Assembly: GCF_004010195.1 (NCBI RefSeq)
Contig: NC_057719.1
Location: forward strand, 5,527,258 to 5,591,257
Reading direction: 5' to 3'
Source of the DNA: Chiloscyllium plagiosum
Taxonomy: Eukaryota
DNA length: 64,000 nt
The notes beneath the pieces were generated by a model. The model worked only from the letters and a program-made list of their open reading frames with translations. It was not told where the DNA came from and did no database searches. Below are positions 26,201 through 39,849 of this stretch, piece after piece; positions within the stretch are counted from its first letter, which is position 1; each line of letters starts with the position of its first letter. A program made the position numbers and the translations under genes.

Positions 26201-27117
26201 CAGCAGCAAGGGATACAACTCATCCACACCTGGGGAATTGTCCACGTTTAAGCATGCCAAAATTTCTAATACCTCCTCACTCCTGATGTCAAAACTGCCC
26301 AAGAACCTGTCAGTCCCTCTTCCCAAATTCTATACCTACTTCCTCCTTCTCCAAAGTGAAGACAGAAGTTCTTGTTTAACACTGCCAATGTCCTCCGGCT
26401 CCAAGTGCAGAGTGCCCTCTTGGTCCCTACTGGTCCCTAGTCTTTCACAGGCTACCCTTTTCCCCTTAATATATTTCCACCAATGCTATTTCATGTCCCC
26501 TCTTTGCTCTCCTAATTGCTTACTTAAGTTACCCCTTGCTCATCTTTACCCCACTATAGACCCTCCATTGTTTTACACCCTTCATATCTGCTAAAAGCCT
26601 TTTTTTTTTCTTATGAAGCCCTGAATATTCCTAGATATCCAAGATTCTCTGGACTTGTTACTGATACATTTCACCCTAAAGGAGTGATGTTTGGCCTGTA
26701 CTCTCATTTCCTTTTTGAACACCCCACCCTTCCTTCCTCCTCCTCCCCCCCCCCCCCCCCGCTCTGTTGTAGATTTTCCTACAATTAGCTGTTCCCGAAA
26801 TACTTTGGCCAAATCCTGCCTTATTTTAATAAAATCAACCTTCCACCATCCCAAAACTGTTCTTTGCCTACCATCTTTTAAGTAACAAATTTAAGTCATT
26901 GTTGCTGTCACGAAAGTGCTCCCCCATTGTCACCTTGAACACCTGTCCACCTTCGTTCCCCAGAATTAGGTCTAGCATTGCTTTATCCCGTGTTGGACCT
27001 TGTACGTGTGGAGCTGTTATGAATACAATTCCAGAAATCCATCCCCTCTAATCCCTTAACACAATGCCTATTCCAGTTACTGTTGGGCAAGTTGAAATCC
27101 TCTAAAATAATTACCCT

Positions 27118-28465
27118 TGTTATGGGATCAGGCCAGACCCCCTCAAAACATTTCAAGAAAGTAGCGCAGACCCTAACTTTGCTAGTTGTTTTAAGCAAGT
27201 GTACAATAGATATTCCAGGAATAATGCAGTTGGCCCAACCACTTAGTTTTAAACAAAACAGAATTTATTTGCAAGATTACTGAATGAAACACAAACAATA
27301 GAGAACAGAATATAGAATAACGTAAATATCCAAAAACCCTGCAGATTATCCCAACTTAATGATGCTGTTCTAAACACTTGCAACAACCTAAATGGAGTCA
27401 AGTTAGGTAAAAGGGAAGTGCAATGAGATCTAGATGTTCTAGTACATCAGTCAATGAAAGCAAGCATGCAGGTACAGCAGGCAGTGAAGAAAGCTAATGG
27501 CATGCTGGCCTTCAAACAAGAGGAATTGAGTATAGGAGCAAAGAGGTCCTTCTGCAGCTGTACAGGGCCCTGGTGAGACTGCACCTGGAGTATTGTGTGC
27601 AATTTTGGTCTCCAAATTTGAGGAAGGACATTTTGGCTATTGAGGGAGTGTACCGTAGGTTCACGAGGTCAATTCCCAGAATTGAAAGATTGGAGCGACT
27701 GGACGTACATACACTTGAGTTTAGAAGGATGAGAGGGGATCTGATTGAGACGTATAAGATTATTAAAGGATTGGACACTCTGGACACAGGAAGCAGAGTG
27801 TGTTTAACAATAAGGGGGTAGGCCATTTAGAACAGAGTTTAGAAGATACTTCTTCACCCAGAGAGTGGTGGGTGTATGGAATGCTCTGCCCCTGAAAGCA
27901 TTGGAGGCCAAGTCTCTGGATACTTTCAAGAAAGAGTTGAATAGAGCTCTTAAGGATAGTGGGGTCAAGGGTTATGGGGATAAGGCGAGAACAGGATAAT
28001 GATTGTAGATGATCAGCCATGATCATAATGAATGGTGGTGCTGGCCCAAAGGGCCAAATGGCCTACTTCTGCACCTATTGTCTATTGTCTATAATCCCCA
28101 TAAATGCCCTTGACAAAAAAGGTAAAATCAAACAGCCGATTTTAAAGCAGAGTTGTCAGAGAGACGGTGTTTCAGCATCGATCTGTTTCTTTGGGTCCGG
28201 CAGCTTCACAACTGACTGACTGCTTTCAGTGAACAGCCAGACTGATAAAACCAAACCAAACCAAACCAAACCAAGCCAGAGGAAAGTAGTAGAAAGCTGA
28301 GCCGGGAGAACTGGTCACTCTCCATTTGATTGTACAAGTGTTTTTTTCAAAGCTTGATAGCATTCTCAAGTAGTTAAACCCAGACTTGTCAGAATCACTG
28401 CTTTTACGACCTCTGAAAAAAAACCAAGGGCGGCATGACCTTGTTAAAGGAGCAGCATTGTCACT
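27118..28465 (-). mobile_element. Solo LTR, itself interrupted by a young CR1
   Basis: TGTTATGG...TTGTCAC termini with ccct/tcct flanks; the host CR1 resumes after it; internal (ccaaa)n at ~28248-28273. Confidence 0.6.
27388..28092 (+). mobile_element. Young CR1 3' portion
   Basis: HLEYCVQFWSPNLRKDILAIEGV and RRMRGDLIETYKI motifs; (ctattgt)n tail; same subfamily as 37357-38185. Confidence 0.92.
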
Positions 28466-28854
28466 TCCTATTTGTATTGTTTTTACACACCTCAGTGGAT
28501 TGTCTATAGATCTGCTTCTCTTTCACCTACTGACTGTTTGGGGGCCTATAATACACGACGAACAAGGTGATTGCCCCTTTTTTTATTCCTAAGCTCTATC
28601 CGCTCTATTCCTAACCTCATTTGAAGATCCTTTCAAGATACCATCCCACCTTACTGCAGTAACTGACTATTTAATTAGTAATACCATACCCTGTCTTGCC
28701 TGAAGATTCTATACCCTGTAACATTGAGTTTCCAGTTCTGCCCTACCTAAACCACATCTCTGTGATAGCAGTAATATCTTAATTCCATATATCAATCCAT
28801 GCTCTTAGCTCATCTGTCTTATTCTAAAGTAGAATAGAAGTAGAGAGCTTTTTT

Positions 28855-29122
28855 GGGGGTAGCATGGTGGCTCAGTGGTGAGCACTGCTGCTTTCCAGTG
28901 GCAGAGACCCAGGTTTGATTCCACCCTTAAGTGACTTTGGAGTTTGCACATTCTCCCTGTGTCTATGTGGGTTTTCTCCAGGTGCTCCAGTTTCCTCTCA
29001 AAGTCCAAACATATATAGATTTCAGTGAATCGACCATGCTAAATTGCATATAGTTTCCAGGAATGTGCAGGCTAGACGGATTATCCAGGAGAAATTCAGG
29101 GTTACGGGGATAGGTGGGGCAG
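28855..29122 (+). mobile_element. Diverged HE1/V-SINE-type SINE
   Basis: ggtggctcagtggtgagcactgctg head and V-domain ggttttctccaggtgctccagtttcctc..gtccaaa. Confidence 0.82.
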
Positions 29123-29470
29123 TGTACAGTCTCGTCTTGTTATCTTGAAACGCACATGTCTGAATTCTCTCTGATTTGGTTCCTTTACAATAGTATGCTG
29201 TCCCTAGTGATTTGGGAGATGAATGTTTAGGGCCATAGAATACTGGCATCAGTACTGGGGAATGAGTGACCTATTCTATTGGGATAGGTTACATTTAAAC
29301 TGTTTTAGAACCTGCCTTCCAGAAAGTTGAATAAATTGCTTTGAAACTAAAGGTGGAAATGCCACAATTTAATTGAAGAAATTTATTACATCTGAAGAGA
29401 TAAATCAAATATTTGAATCAGTTTCACAATTTGGTAAAGATGAGTGGAGTGTGCCAGAAAAAGACAGAGT

Positions 29471-29695
29471 ATAGATTAGAGAGGTGCTGGAAAAGCACAG
29501 CAGGTCAGCCAGCATCCGAGGAGCAGGAAAATCGACATTTCGGGCAAAAGCTCTTCATCAAAACAATCCTGATGAAGGGCTTTTGCCTGCAACGTCAATT
29601 TTCCTGCTCCTCGGAAGCTGCCTGACCTGCTTTGCTTTTCCAGCATCACTCTAACCTAGACTCTGATTTCTAGCATCTGCAGTCCTCACTTTTGC
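29471..29695. mobile_element. Penelope-derived fold-back element with decayed hammerhead cores on both strands
   Basis: Inverted arms about a centre at ~29563; exact 17-bp TSD ccagaaaaagacagagt (29454-29470 / 29696-29712). Confidence 0.82.
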
Positions 29696-29960
29696 CCAGA
29701 AAAAGACAGAGTTTAGATGAACAATTAAATCAGGGAATTTACCAAAAAGTTTGAAAGTGCATTGTTTGATCATACAGAATGTTCCTAAGGTAGATAAATT
29801 AATGACACTAATAGAGATAAGTATATTTGATCTAATGCCACAGTTGCGAAATAATGGTGGGTTGGTAACCCTGATTTTAAAAATGATGTGCTAATGCAGG
29901 CAGTAGTGCAGAATAAGCATGGCTTGGAAATCAGGAAATAGAATCTGTATCAATGAATAT

Positions 29961-30190
29961 TGAGTTAACTACATGAAGGCTAGTATCCCATCACAAGTCA
30001 CCTTCTTTTTGAATGTGCATAGTACATGACACTGACCCAGCTGGCTCCTAGGGTGAATGGAACCCCTGAAAATCCTGTTTATGTATGTCAGCCAGAGCTC
30101 CCTGATTGTACCAGATTAATAGCCCCAACCAGGGAACTGGTTGTTCACCTGGCTGATGTCCACCTGGCTGACTTCATTCCAGTCACTGCA
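29961..30190 (-). mobile_element. Solo LTR of the Gypsy family seen at 43847-47852
   Basis: Reverse complement begins TGCAGTGACTGGAATGAAGTCAGCCAGGTGGAC, like the LTR at 43847; flanks aatat/gatat suggest a 5-bp TSD. Confidence 0.78.
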
Positions 30191-30669
30191 GATATATGAA
30201 ATAAAAGGGGCTGAGAACACTGGTGGGAATAGTTTCTTGGTCATCAACCGTAACTATAGCTTTGGCCAAAGTAGAAATCAAGAAAGAGGAGGAACTGATA
30301 AAGGAAATGCAATAAATGTGCCAAGTTTTAAATTTCATACAAACTGGACTAATTGGATTGATAAAAATAGTTTGGAGATTAAACTAACGGATTGCATTTA
30401 AGACAGTTTCATAGAACAATAAAATAAAAGAAAAATACTGCAGTTGTTCGAAATACAAACAATAGCAATAAATGATGGAAATATTCAATAGATCTGTGGA
30501 GAATGAAACAGAGTTAACGTTTCAGGCCAATGATCAAGTTGATCAGTGCTTGAAAGGCTGAATGACTTACTTCCCTTCAGTCTTAACATCCTTCAACAGA
30601 ACTAGAAAAAGATGTAACTGATTGTAAGTAACCACAAAGACAACGAGGTGGGCAAGGAGAAGATGAGAT

Positions 30670-31746
<1,077 letters not shown>

Positions 31747-32404
31747 TGATTGTTACTTAAGAGGAGTCTTTAGTAAATGTTTGCAAACAATTAAATCACC
31801 CTGTTTGTGATCTCACCCAACATCCACGTTTCCAGAAGAGGTTGTTATGTGGATGTCAGCAGTGGGAACTCTGCCCATTTCTCACATCCCCATTAAAGTG
31901 GGGCCAAATACAAAATTGAGGCAAATGGTCTTGTCTGTATTCCTCCAATTGAACACTGATTACAGGCCAATCCTGAAATTTCCTGGCCTGTGTGGCTTTA
32001 TTATTTGCTGTGTAAACTCACTTAATGAATGATTGACTGACTGAATTTATCTTTCAGGATCACAGTACACCATGATCTAGTTTTAATGTTATTGCTATTC
32101 TAGTCACATGACCTCCAAAAATAGCGCAATCTTACAAAGTCTGACTGCATTTACTTTCCTTGTGAAACAGTGACATGCCAGAGTGCAGAGGTTAGTTTAT
32201 CGTGATAATTCATACTGTAGGTGACATTTTTTAAAAAACGGGATCCATTTATATAGTGACTGTACATACATTTACTTCCTTATGCCACCAATGTGATATT
32301 AGCGGTTTTTCCTTCTCCATAATGACATTGTTTTTTGGCATTTGATTTAACTTGATGTTAATATTGATTTTTTTAAAATTGCCAGTTAAAGTACACTGTC
32401 ATTT

Positions 32405-34480
32405 TATGAAGTTATGAATTAGAAGCAGACCATTAAGGCCCTCAGCCTGCTCTGCCATTTCATAAGATCATGTTTGATATTATTGTGGCCTCAATTCCAC
32501 GTTTCCCTAAGCTCCAGTATCCTTTGACTCCCTTGTTAATCAAGAATCTGCCTACCACTGCCTTAAAAAATACTCAATAACCCTGCCTCCAATCATTTCT
32601 GAGAAAGAGTCCAAAGTTTTATGACCTTCTAAGAAAAAGAAAACTCCTCCTCTTCTGCTTCTTTTAGGAATCCCCCTAGTTGTAGTTTTTCTCATGAAGG
32701 AAACTACCTTTCAGCATCTTGTCAAGTGCCATCAGACTCTTTATATGTATTAATAAAATCACAGCTCTTTGTTCTGAACTCCAGTTGGTACAGGTCCACC
32801 CTGTTCACTCTTTCTTCATAAGATAACCTCCTTCCCATCCCATGTATCAGTTAAGTGAACTTTTTCTGAAATTTATTTACATTTGCATCCTTCCTTAAAG
32901 ATTATACATAGTACTCCAAATGTGGCATCCCCAAAATTTTATACAACCAAAGTGAAGCTTCTTTACTTTTATGTTCCATTCTCCTTGGAAAGGCAAACAT
33001 TCAGTTGCAGCCATTGATTAGTAAGGCAACAGTATATTCATATACAAGAGCACCAAGGTTACTTTGTATCTGAGTTGTGAAGATTGTCTGTACTTAAATG
33101 AATATTGGTTTTCTTTTTTTTTGCCAAAGTGGACAAGTTTGCATTTACTCACATTATATTTCGCCTACCAAATATTTACTCACTCACTTAACTTGTAGCA
33201 CTTTGCAGATTTCTTATGCCCTTTTCACAACTTACTTTCCTACCTAATCTTGTATTATCAAGCAAATTTAGGAATCATGCCTTTTGTCACTTCATACATG
33301 TAACCAGCTGAAGCCCTGATTCTTCTTGCTCAGTATTCATCACATTCTACCAGGTGGAAATTCATCATTTATATATAAGTTCTGTTTTCTATTATCCAAG
33401 CAATTCTGTCTCAATGCTAGTATGTTATCTCTTACTCCATGAGCTCTTGTTTTGTGTAATAACTTTTTAATGTGACACATACTCAAATGCCTCTGAAATT
33501 GTAAATACAGTACATGCACTATTTCTCCTTTGCTTTTTACTTCCTCAAAGAGCTGTAATAAACCAGTCAAATGTGATTTCCCTTTCTTAAAATCATGTTA
33601 AGTATACATTTGTTGCATTCAAATTTCTAAGTGCCTTTTTGTAATCTTGTTTAACCTAATGGTGTCTAGCATTCTCCTGATGAAAGATGTTAGGCTAACT
33701 TGTTTATATTTCTCTGATTTGTGCCCCTCATCTGCAGCGTTTCTTAAATACAGGAGTCACATTTACCATCTTCCAATCTGATGGACTTTTCTGGAATCGA
33801 GAGAATTTTGGAACATTAAAATCAATATGGTCACTTCTTTTAACGCCTTAGGGTGAAGCTCATCAGGGTTAGAGGACTTGTCAGATTTTATTAAAACAAT
33901 TCCAATTATGAGGGAAAAGATGCTGAGTAAATTGTTCTGAGTTCCTTGTTCCCTTTCACATGTTGATTCAGTTATTTCTGGAATATTAGTTGTGTTCTCT
34001 ACAATGAAAACAGGCATACAACATCTGTTCAATTCACTTGCCATTTCCCAATTTTCCGTTATTAATTCCCCAAACACTCTCTGTAAGACCAACACTCACT
34101 TTACTTACTGTCTCTTTTCACACCTATAAAACTCTTCCTTTTATATTTCTAGATAGGCCTCTTTCATAACCTAATTTTACCTTATTAATCTTTTATTAAT
34201 GCTTTGCTGTTCTTGTGTTTAATCTTTATGAAATTATATGACTTATTATTCCAGTTTGATGCTATTTTTGATGTCCATCATTAGCCACAGACATGAATCC
34301 TTCCTTTAGAATCTTTTTCATTGCAATTTATATTTTCTGAGTATTCTGAAATATCTCCTTAAATATCTGCCTCTCTCCTGCTCCTTTATCTACAGACCTA
34401 TTTCTGAACCTAACCAGTACATTTATTGTTAGGAATTAGTCTCATAATTCACTTATTTGCCTTTATTTTTTTCTTATCTT
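32405..34480 (-). mobile_element. Old decayed CR1 ORF2
   Basis: DKSSNPDELHPKALKEV and HVLYLQFQ..KLLHK..HGV motifs; CR1 tail at ~32410. Confidence 0.78.
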
Positions 34481-35457
34481 TACCCAAACTTTTACATCCT
34501 GATCCACAGAACTAAAGTTATCTCTCCATGTTGTACCAATATAATCCTTAATTAATAGAATGACCCCTCTACCTTTGCTTAGCTACCGGTTCTTTCAAAA
34601 TGTGTTTTAACTATGAATTTTCAGGTTCTGGTCTTTCCCTTCTTATTGCCATATCTTTGTGATGGCTATTTTGAAATGTTTAGCCAGTGCTGCTATCAAC
34701 TATACCTGTATGCATACTTAAATGAGGTGACAAGCAATTGTACATGGAAGTCTTGTTGTCCATCTGTTTATCAGTTTTCAGACTTGCGCATCTTTCTTGG
34801 AACTTCAACTCATCCTAAACCTTTTATACAATTAGTAAAAGGTTGGTTAGATATGGAGAAAGTGCTTTGATTTGTGCAGGATTCTGAGGCTAGATGTTTC
34901 TAATATAAGATAGTTACTAATAACACTTCTTGGATCCATGATGTAGAATTTATGATCTCAAGGGACACTGGTAACTTTTGAAAGGAAATTTGAGTTTCCA
35001 GTTATCAACTTAAAGAGATTTCACCTTAAAACTTCAAAAGAACTAATTCTGATTTATATGTTTTTTAACGCTTATTTTGCAAACCTAAACATCTTAACTG
35101 ACTATTCCCTTTTCTTAATTCCACCCAAGATTTCCCCAATGCTTCTATAGAATCCACTGCTGATCTCCTCTAGGTTAATCAGTCATGTCTGACAATTCTG
35201 ATTCTGTAGATATTTGGATTTTTATTCAAGTATGGGTTCCACTCTCTATTTCTGCTTATTGTTTGTGATCCCAGAGAATTAAGTCACAAGGTTCCACAAT
35301 TTTGAACAGACAAATTAAACTTTGTTGTACTGTTTGAATTTTGTAGCATAATCTACAATATATACAACTTATACTCTAACATCCACAATTAACATGAGGC
35401 AAGTATGGATTACGAGGCAAGGTATTGCTGAGTACTCAATAAAGAAGATCAAATAGT

Positions 35458-35760
35458 AGAATTGATTAATTTATTGTTGTCACATGTACTGAGATATAGT
35501 GAAAAGTGTTGTTTTGCATGTTATACAGGCAGACTGTACCATACAAAGTGCACCTGTAACAGAACAGAGTGGAGAGTATCGTGTTACAGATACAAGAAGG
35601 TGTAGAGAAAGATCAGAATTAATATTTCACAGGTCCATTTAAAAGTTTGATAACAATGGAGAAGGAACTGTTCTTGAATCTGTTCATATGTGTATTCAAA
35701 CTTAGATCTTCTCATCGACAGAAGAGGTTGGAAGAGAGTAGAACTGGGATGGAAGGGAGT
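35458..35760 (-). mobile_element. Rex1/Babar 3' tail fragment
   Basis: Homologous to 10815-11110. Confidence 0.75.
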
Positions 35761-37356
35761 AACATGAATTTCTCACCAAAACTCCAGACATCGGTGACAC
35801 AGTAGGTCACTATATCTCACCAAAATGTTGTCTATTTTTTTGAGGGATTCTAATTCTTCACTTTCAAAGTTCTAGCTAGCTTAGAAATTTCCTGCAAAGT
35901 CACTCCATCACAGGCTACTCAATAACTGGTGTTGTCCTGGTAAATCATTCTCTTCCCCTGAATTGAATTGAATTGAATTAAATTTATTATCACATGTACC
36001 GAGGCACAGTGAAAAGCTTTGTCTTGCGAGCAATACAGGCAGATCACAGAGTTCAGTGGCATAGATAAGTAAATAATACGTTAACAGTGGCAAAAACAAA
36101 ACACAAATACAGGCGAATGTTAAGAGTTTGTGAGTCCATTCAGTATTCTCTGAGGCCATTCAGTATTCTAACAACAATAGGGTAGAAAATGTTTTGAAAC
36201 CAGCTGGTGCGTGTTTTCAGGCTTCTGTATCCTCTCCCCGATGGTAGAGGTATCTTCTGTATCTTCTCCCCAATGCGTCTTGAAACAGGCAGTGACAGTG
36301 GCCTGCTGCAGGGAGAGATTGAAGGTGTCCGAGAAGACCTTTGCGCATGCTCTGAGTACACGGCCTGGTACTCTGTCTGGTCCCATCGCTTTCCTTGGAT
36401 TCACACAGAGGAAAACTGATCTGACTTCTCATGCAATGACTGTTGGAATAGGTTAGTCAGGACTTGTCAGAATAGGTGTTATCTCTCTGTCGATATTCTG
36501 CTCAAAGTGAGCATAAAAGGCATTGAGACAATCTGGGAGGGATGTGTCATCGTCTGCTATCTTGTACTGTCTCTTTTTAGAACCTGTGATGTCAGTCAGT
36601 CCTTGCCAGAGTCGCAGTCTGTCTGTCTGGGTCTCTAGTTTGGATCGGTATTGGTCCTTTGCTGTCTTAATGGCTCTGCGAAGGTCATACTTGGATTCCT
36701 CATATTTGAGTTGGTCTCCTGATCTGAAGGCCTTATCCCTGGTTTTTAGCATGTTCTGTCTGTTCTGATTCATCCAGGGTTTCCTGTTGGGGGACACCCG
36801 GATTGACTTCCGTGGTATTGACTTGCTGATAATGTCTGTGACGGTGGTGGCATTCTCATCCAAGGTACCTGCGGACACGGCCCATCAGCTGATTCCAGAC
36901 AACACCGGAGTTGATCCTCTGCCTCCTCTGACCAGCACTGGACCTGTATCCATGAGTGGTAGAATACAGCACATCCAGAGCTTCCTCAACCTTTGTTTGT
37001 GGTGGTATGAACACAGCAGTTAATACAGCAGCAATAAATTTTCATGGGGCCATATTTGATGGTGAGAAATTCAAGGTTTTGGGAGCAATGGCTGCCCAGG
37101 GGTTGCAATGTCCATGCACCACAAATTGTTGATTAAAAAGCAAACGCCTCCACCCTTTGTCTTACCCGAGGATGCTGTACTGTCCATGCGATGGATAGAA
37201 AAACCATCGATCTGAAATGCGCAATTGGGAATGGATGGGTTGAGCCAGGTTTCTGTGAAGCAGAGTGCGTAGAGTCCCGCAGTTCACGCTGGAAGCTGAG
37301 CCGTGATCTGTGTTTGTCCATCTTGTTCTCCAGAGATTGTACATTTGCTAGGAATA

Positions 37357-38185
37357 AGACAATAGACAATAGGTGCAGGAGTAGGCCATTCTGCCCTTCG
37401 AGCCTGCACCACCATTCAATATGATCATGGCTGATCATCCTTAATCAGTATCCTGTTCCTGCCTTATCTCCACAACCCTTTATTCCACTATCGTTGAGAG
37501 CTCTATCCAACTCTTTCTTAAATGAATCCAGAGACTGGGCCTCCACTGCCCTCTGGGGCAGAGCATTCCACACAGCCACCACTCTCTGGGTGAAGAAGTT
37601 TCTCCTCTTCTCTGTCCTAAATGGTCTACCCCGTATTTTTAAGCTGTGTCCTCTGGTTCGGCACTCACCCATCAGCGGAAACATGTTTCCTGCCTCCAGA
37701 GTGTCCAATCTTTTAATAATCTTATATGTCTCAATCAGATCCCCTCTCAGTCTTCTAAACTCAGGGGTAGTCGCTCCAGTCTTTCAGTGTAAGGTAGTCC
37801 TGCCATTCCAGGAATTGACCTCGTGAACCTACGCTGCACTCCCTCAATAGCCAGAATGTCTTTCCTCAAATTTGGAGACCAGAACTGCACACAGTACTCC
37901 AGGTGTGGTCTCACCAGGGCCCTGTACAGCTGCAGAAGAACCTCTTTGCTTCTATACTCAATCCCTTTTGTTATGAAGGCCAGCATGCTATTAGCCTTCT
38001 TCACTACCTGCTGTACCTGCATGCTTACCCTCATTGACTGGTGTTCAAGAACGCCCAGATCTCTCTGTACTGCCCCTTTACCTAAATTGATTCCATTTAG
38101 GTAGTAATCTGCCTTCCTGTTCTTGCCACTATAGTGGATACCATACATTTATCCACATTAAACTGCATCGGCTATGCATCTGACC
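37357..38185 (-). mobile_element. Young CR1 3' portion nested in Rex1/Babar
   Basis: ORFs 37747-38148 and 37445-37708 (QRDLGVL, LVRPHLEYCVQFWSP, RTRGHSLKI, FFTQRVV); (ctattgt)n tail. Confidence 0.94.
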
Positions 38186-38261
38186 ACTAAGCTAAGAAGG
38201 GAGTCTTGAAATTACGTAGTTTTAGTCTTACTAGCAGGCTGGCATACTTACCTTGCTTCCA

Positions 38262-38473
38262 GGAGAAAATGATGTCTGCAGATGCTGGAGATCAGAGCTG
38301 AAAATGTGTTGCTGGAAAAGCGCAGCAGGTCAGGCAGCATCCAGGGAACAGGAGAATCGACGTTTCGGGCATAACCCTTCCTGAAGAAGGGCTTATGCCC
38401 GAAACGTCGATTCTCCTGTTCCCTGGATGCTGCCTGACCTGCTGCGCTTTTCCAGCAACACATTTTCAGCTCT
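38262..38473. mobile_element. Penelope-derived perfect fold-back element
   Basis: Perfect 81-bp inverted arms 38294-38374 / 38393-38473; probable TSD cttaccttgcttcca / cttagctcgcttcca (13/15). Confidence 0.88.
38378..38412 (+). ncRNA. Minimal hammerhead ribozyme motif
   Basis: tc-CTGAAGA-a-gggc(ttat)gccc-GAAA-cg-TC-ga; helix III palindrome ACGT; canonical GUC cleavage triplet; helix I is short. Confidence 0.65.
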
Positions 38474-38563
38474 TAGCTCGCTTCCACGCAGGTTTCTTAC
38501 ATTTGATTGGTCAGGGGGTCTGTTGGAATGGAGTGTGACTGCTTCCAGTTAAGTGATCCTTCC

Positions 38564-38699
38564 TAGGACACAGTGGAGCAGGTATATTCCAGTTTAGTAT
38601 ATTTTTGGAGAGGGTCTACTTAGGACCCAGTGTAGCAGGTAATTTACTGTTTCGTTTTTTTTAGTGGAGGGAATTTGCTTAGGACCCAGTGGAGAAGTT
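38564..38699. repeat. Three degenerate ~58-bp tandem units
   Basis: taggac(a/c)cagtg(g/t)ag(c/a)ag at 38564, 38621 and 38680. Confidence 0.7.
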
Positions 38700-39849
38700 C
38701 CTGGTTTCAGTTTCTGCTGATTTGTTGCTCCAGGTCCAGCCATGTTTTTTGCAAAGGTGTTTGGGCTGCTCTCCAGGTACGTTCTGAGAGATTTCATGTC
38801 AGGCAGGGGTCTTATGGGGTCAGGAGCGTTTTGTGACAGTTCTCCTTCCTGGGGCAGGTCTCTCAGGTTCTTCCATTTTCCGTAGGCCCCAAGCATGGTG
38901 CTTGCCTAGGCTGCCTCTGGCTGGCCTGGCCTTCCAGGGTGGTCGGATGAGTCGTGGGCAACATGTGGTCTGCTGCCTTCATCCAGTAAGCTGGCTTTCA
39001 GTATTGGAGGAGCTTCAAACCTTGAGATTGCATTCAAACATCTACGCTGGCACAATTCAAATTCTTTTGCAGTGAACCATCAAGCACTATTTGTGGGTTT
39101 CTTTGACTTCCAATATGTCTTATATACATAGTACTCACTGTACGTTAGTTTCCTTCAACCCCACTCTCAGCTGCTAACATAGAGCCACCTTCCTTCCACC
39201 ACTTAACTGCTGTTTTTTGTGAAGAAAAACATGCAGTTAAATCCAAGCAGTTGTCTTTCTGCAATCTATCCACAGCTGCTATAACTGGAATGTCCCAAAT
39301 AGAGATTTCAATTAATTTTATTCACATGTGGGCATAGATATTTCTGGCTGGCCAGCATTTATTACGCATCCGTAGTTGTCCTTGAGAAGGTGGTAGTGAG
39401 CTGCCGCCTTGAACTGCTACTGTCCATGTGTTAAGTCCATGTTAATTCCTTTGATCTGAAAAATTAATGTGTACTTCAGAATCTTTCCTTATTTAGTCCC
39501 TCTTCGCTTTCAAAGTTTGTTTCATCTGAGACCCACACGAATAATTTAAAACCAGTCTGAAAACAATTGTATCCGTGTTGTCTTTTCTTGTTGTTTTCAC
39601 ACTTCTAGCTCTGACTTTGTCTGTGCACATGGATAGATGTTTGATGTGTAAATACTGTATGTGATCTAGCAACTTCTGAATCCCAGTATTTCTATTATTT
39701 TCCATTTAGCTTTCGAGAAATGAAATTTGTAGAAGTTGTGTTCCTGCAAAATATGAGTTGTGAACTTAAACATTTTCACATCAGAAAGAATTCAGGAGAA
39801 ATGCCTTTTCTGAGTGATTGGAATGTAGAATTTGCTACTTCATAGATAC

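Larger units (their letters stand above)
24745..28820 (-). mobile_element. Long decayed CR1 ORF2 (endonuclease to 3' tail), host of nested LTR
   Basis: WADQWQMEFN..VMHF, IPEDWRTAYMVPLFNKG and EDFNLP motifs; interrupted at 27118-28465. Confidence 0.85.
35959..39000 (-). mobile_element. Internally deleted Rex1/Babar LINE with nested CR1 and Penelope hairpin (5' boundary uncertain)
   Basis: LANVQSLENKMD (endonuclease start), [62 protein letters not shown] and (attca)n tail. Confidence 0.85.

Noticed and set aside
38294..38473. Bona fide miRNA gene or MITE
   Set aside because: Multi-copy and variably truncated, with long TSDs and hammerhead cores; no expression evidence for a miRNA.
38564..38699. 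CRISPR-like repeat-spacer pattern
   Set aside because: Only three imperfect units, spacers resemble each other, no cas genes, vertebrate context.
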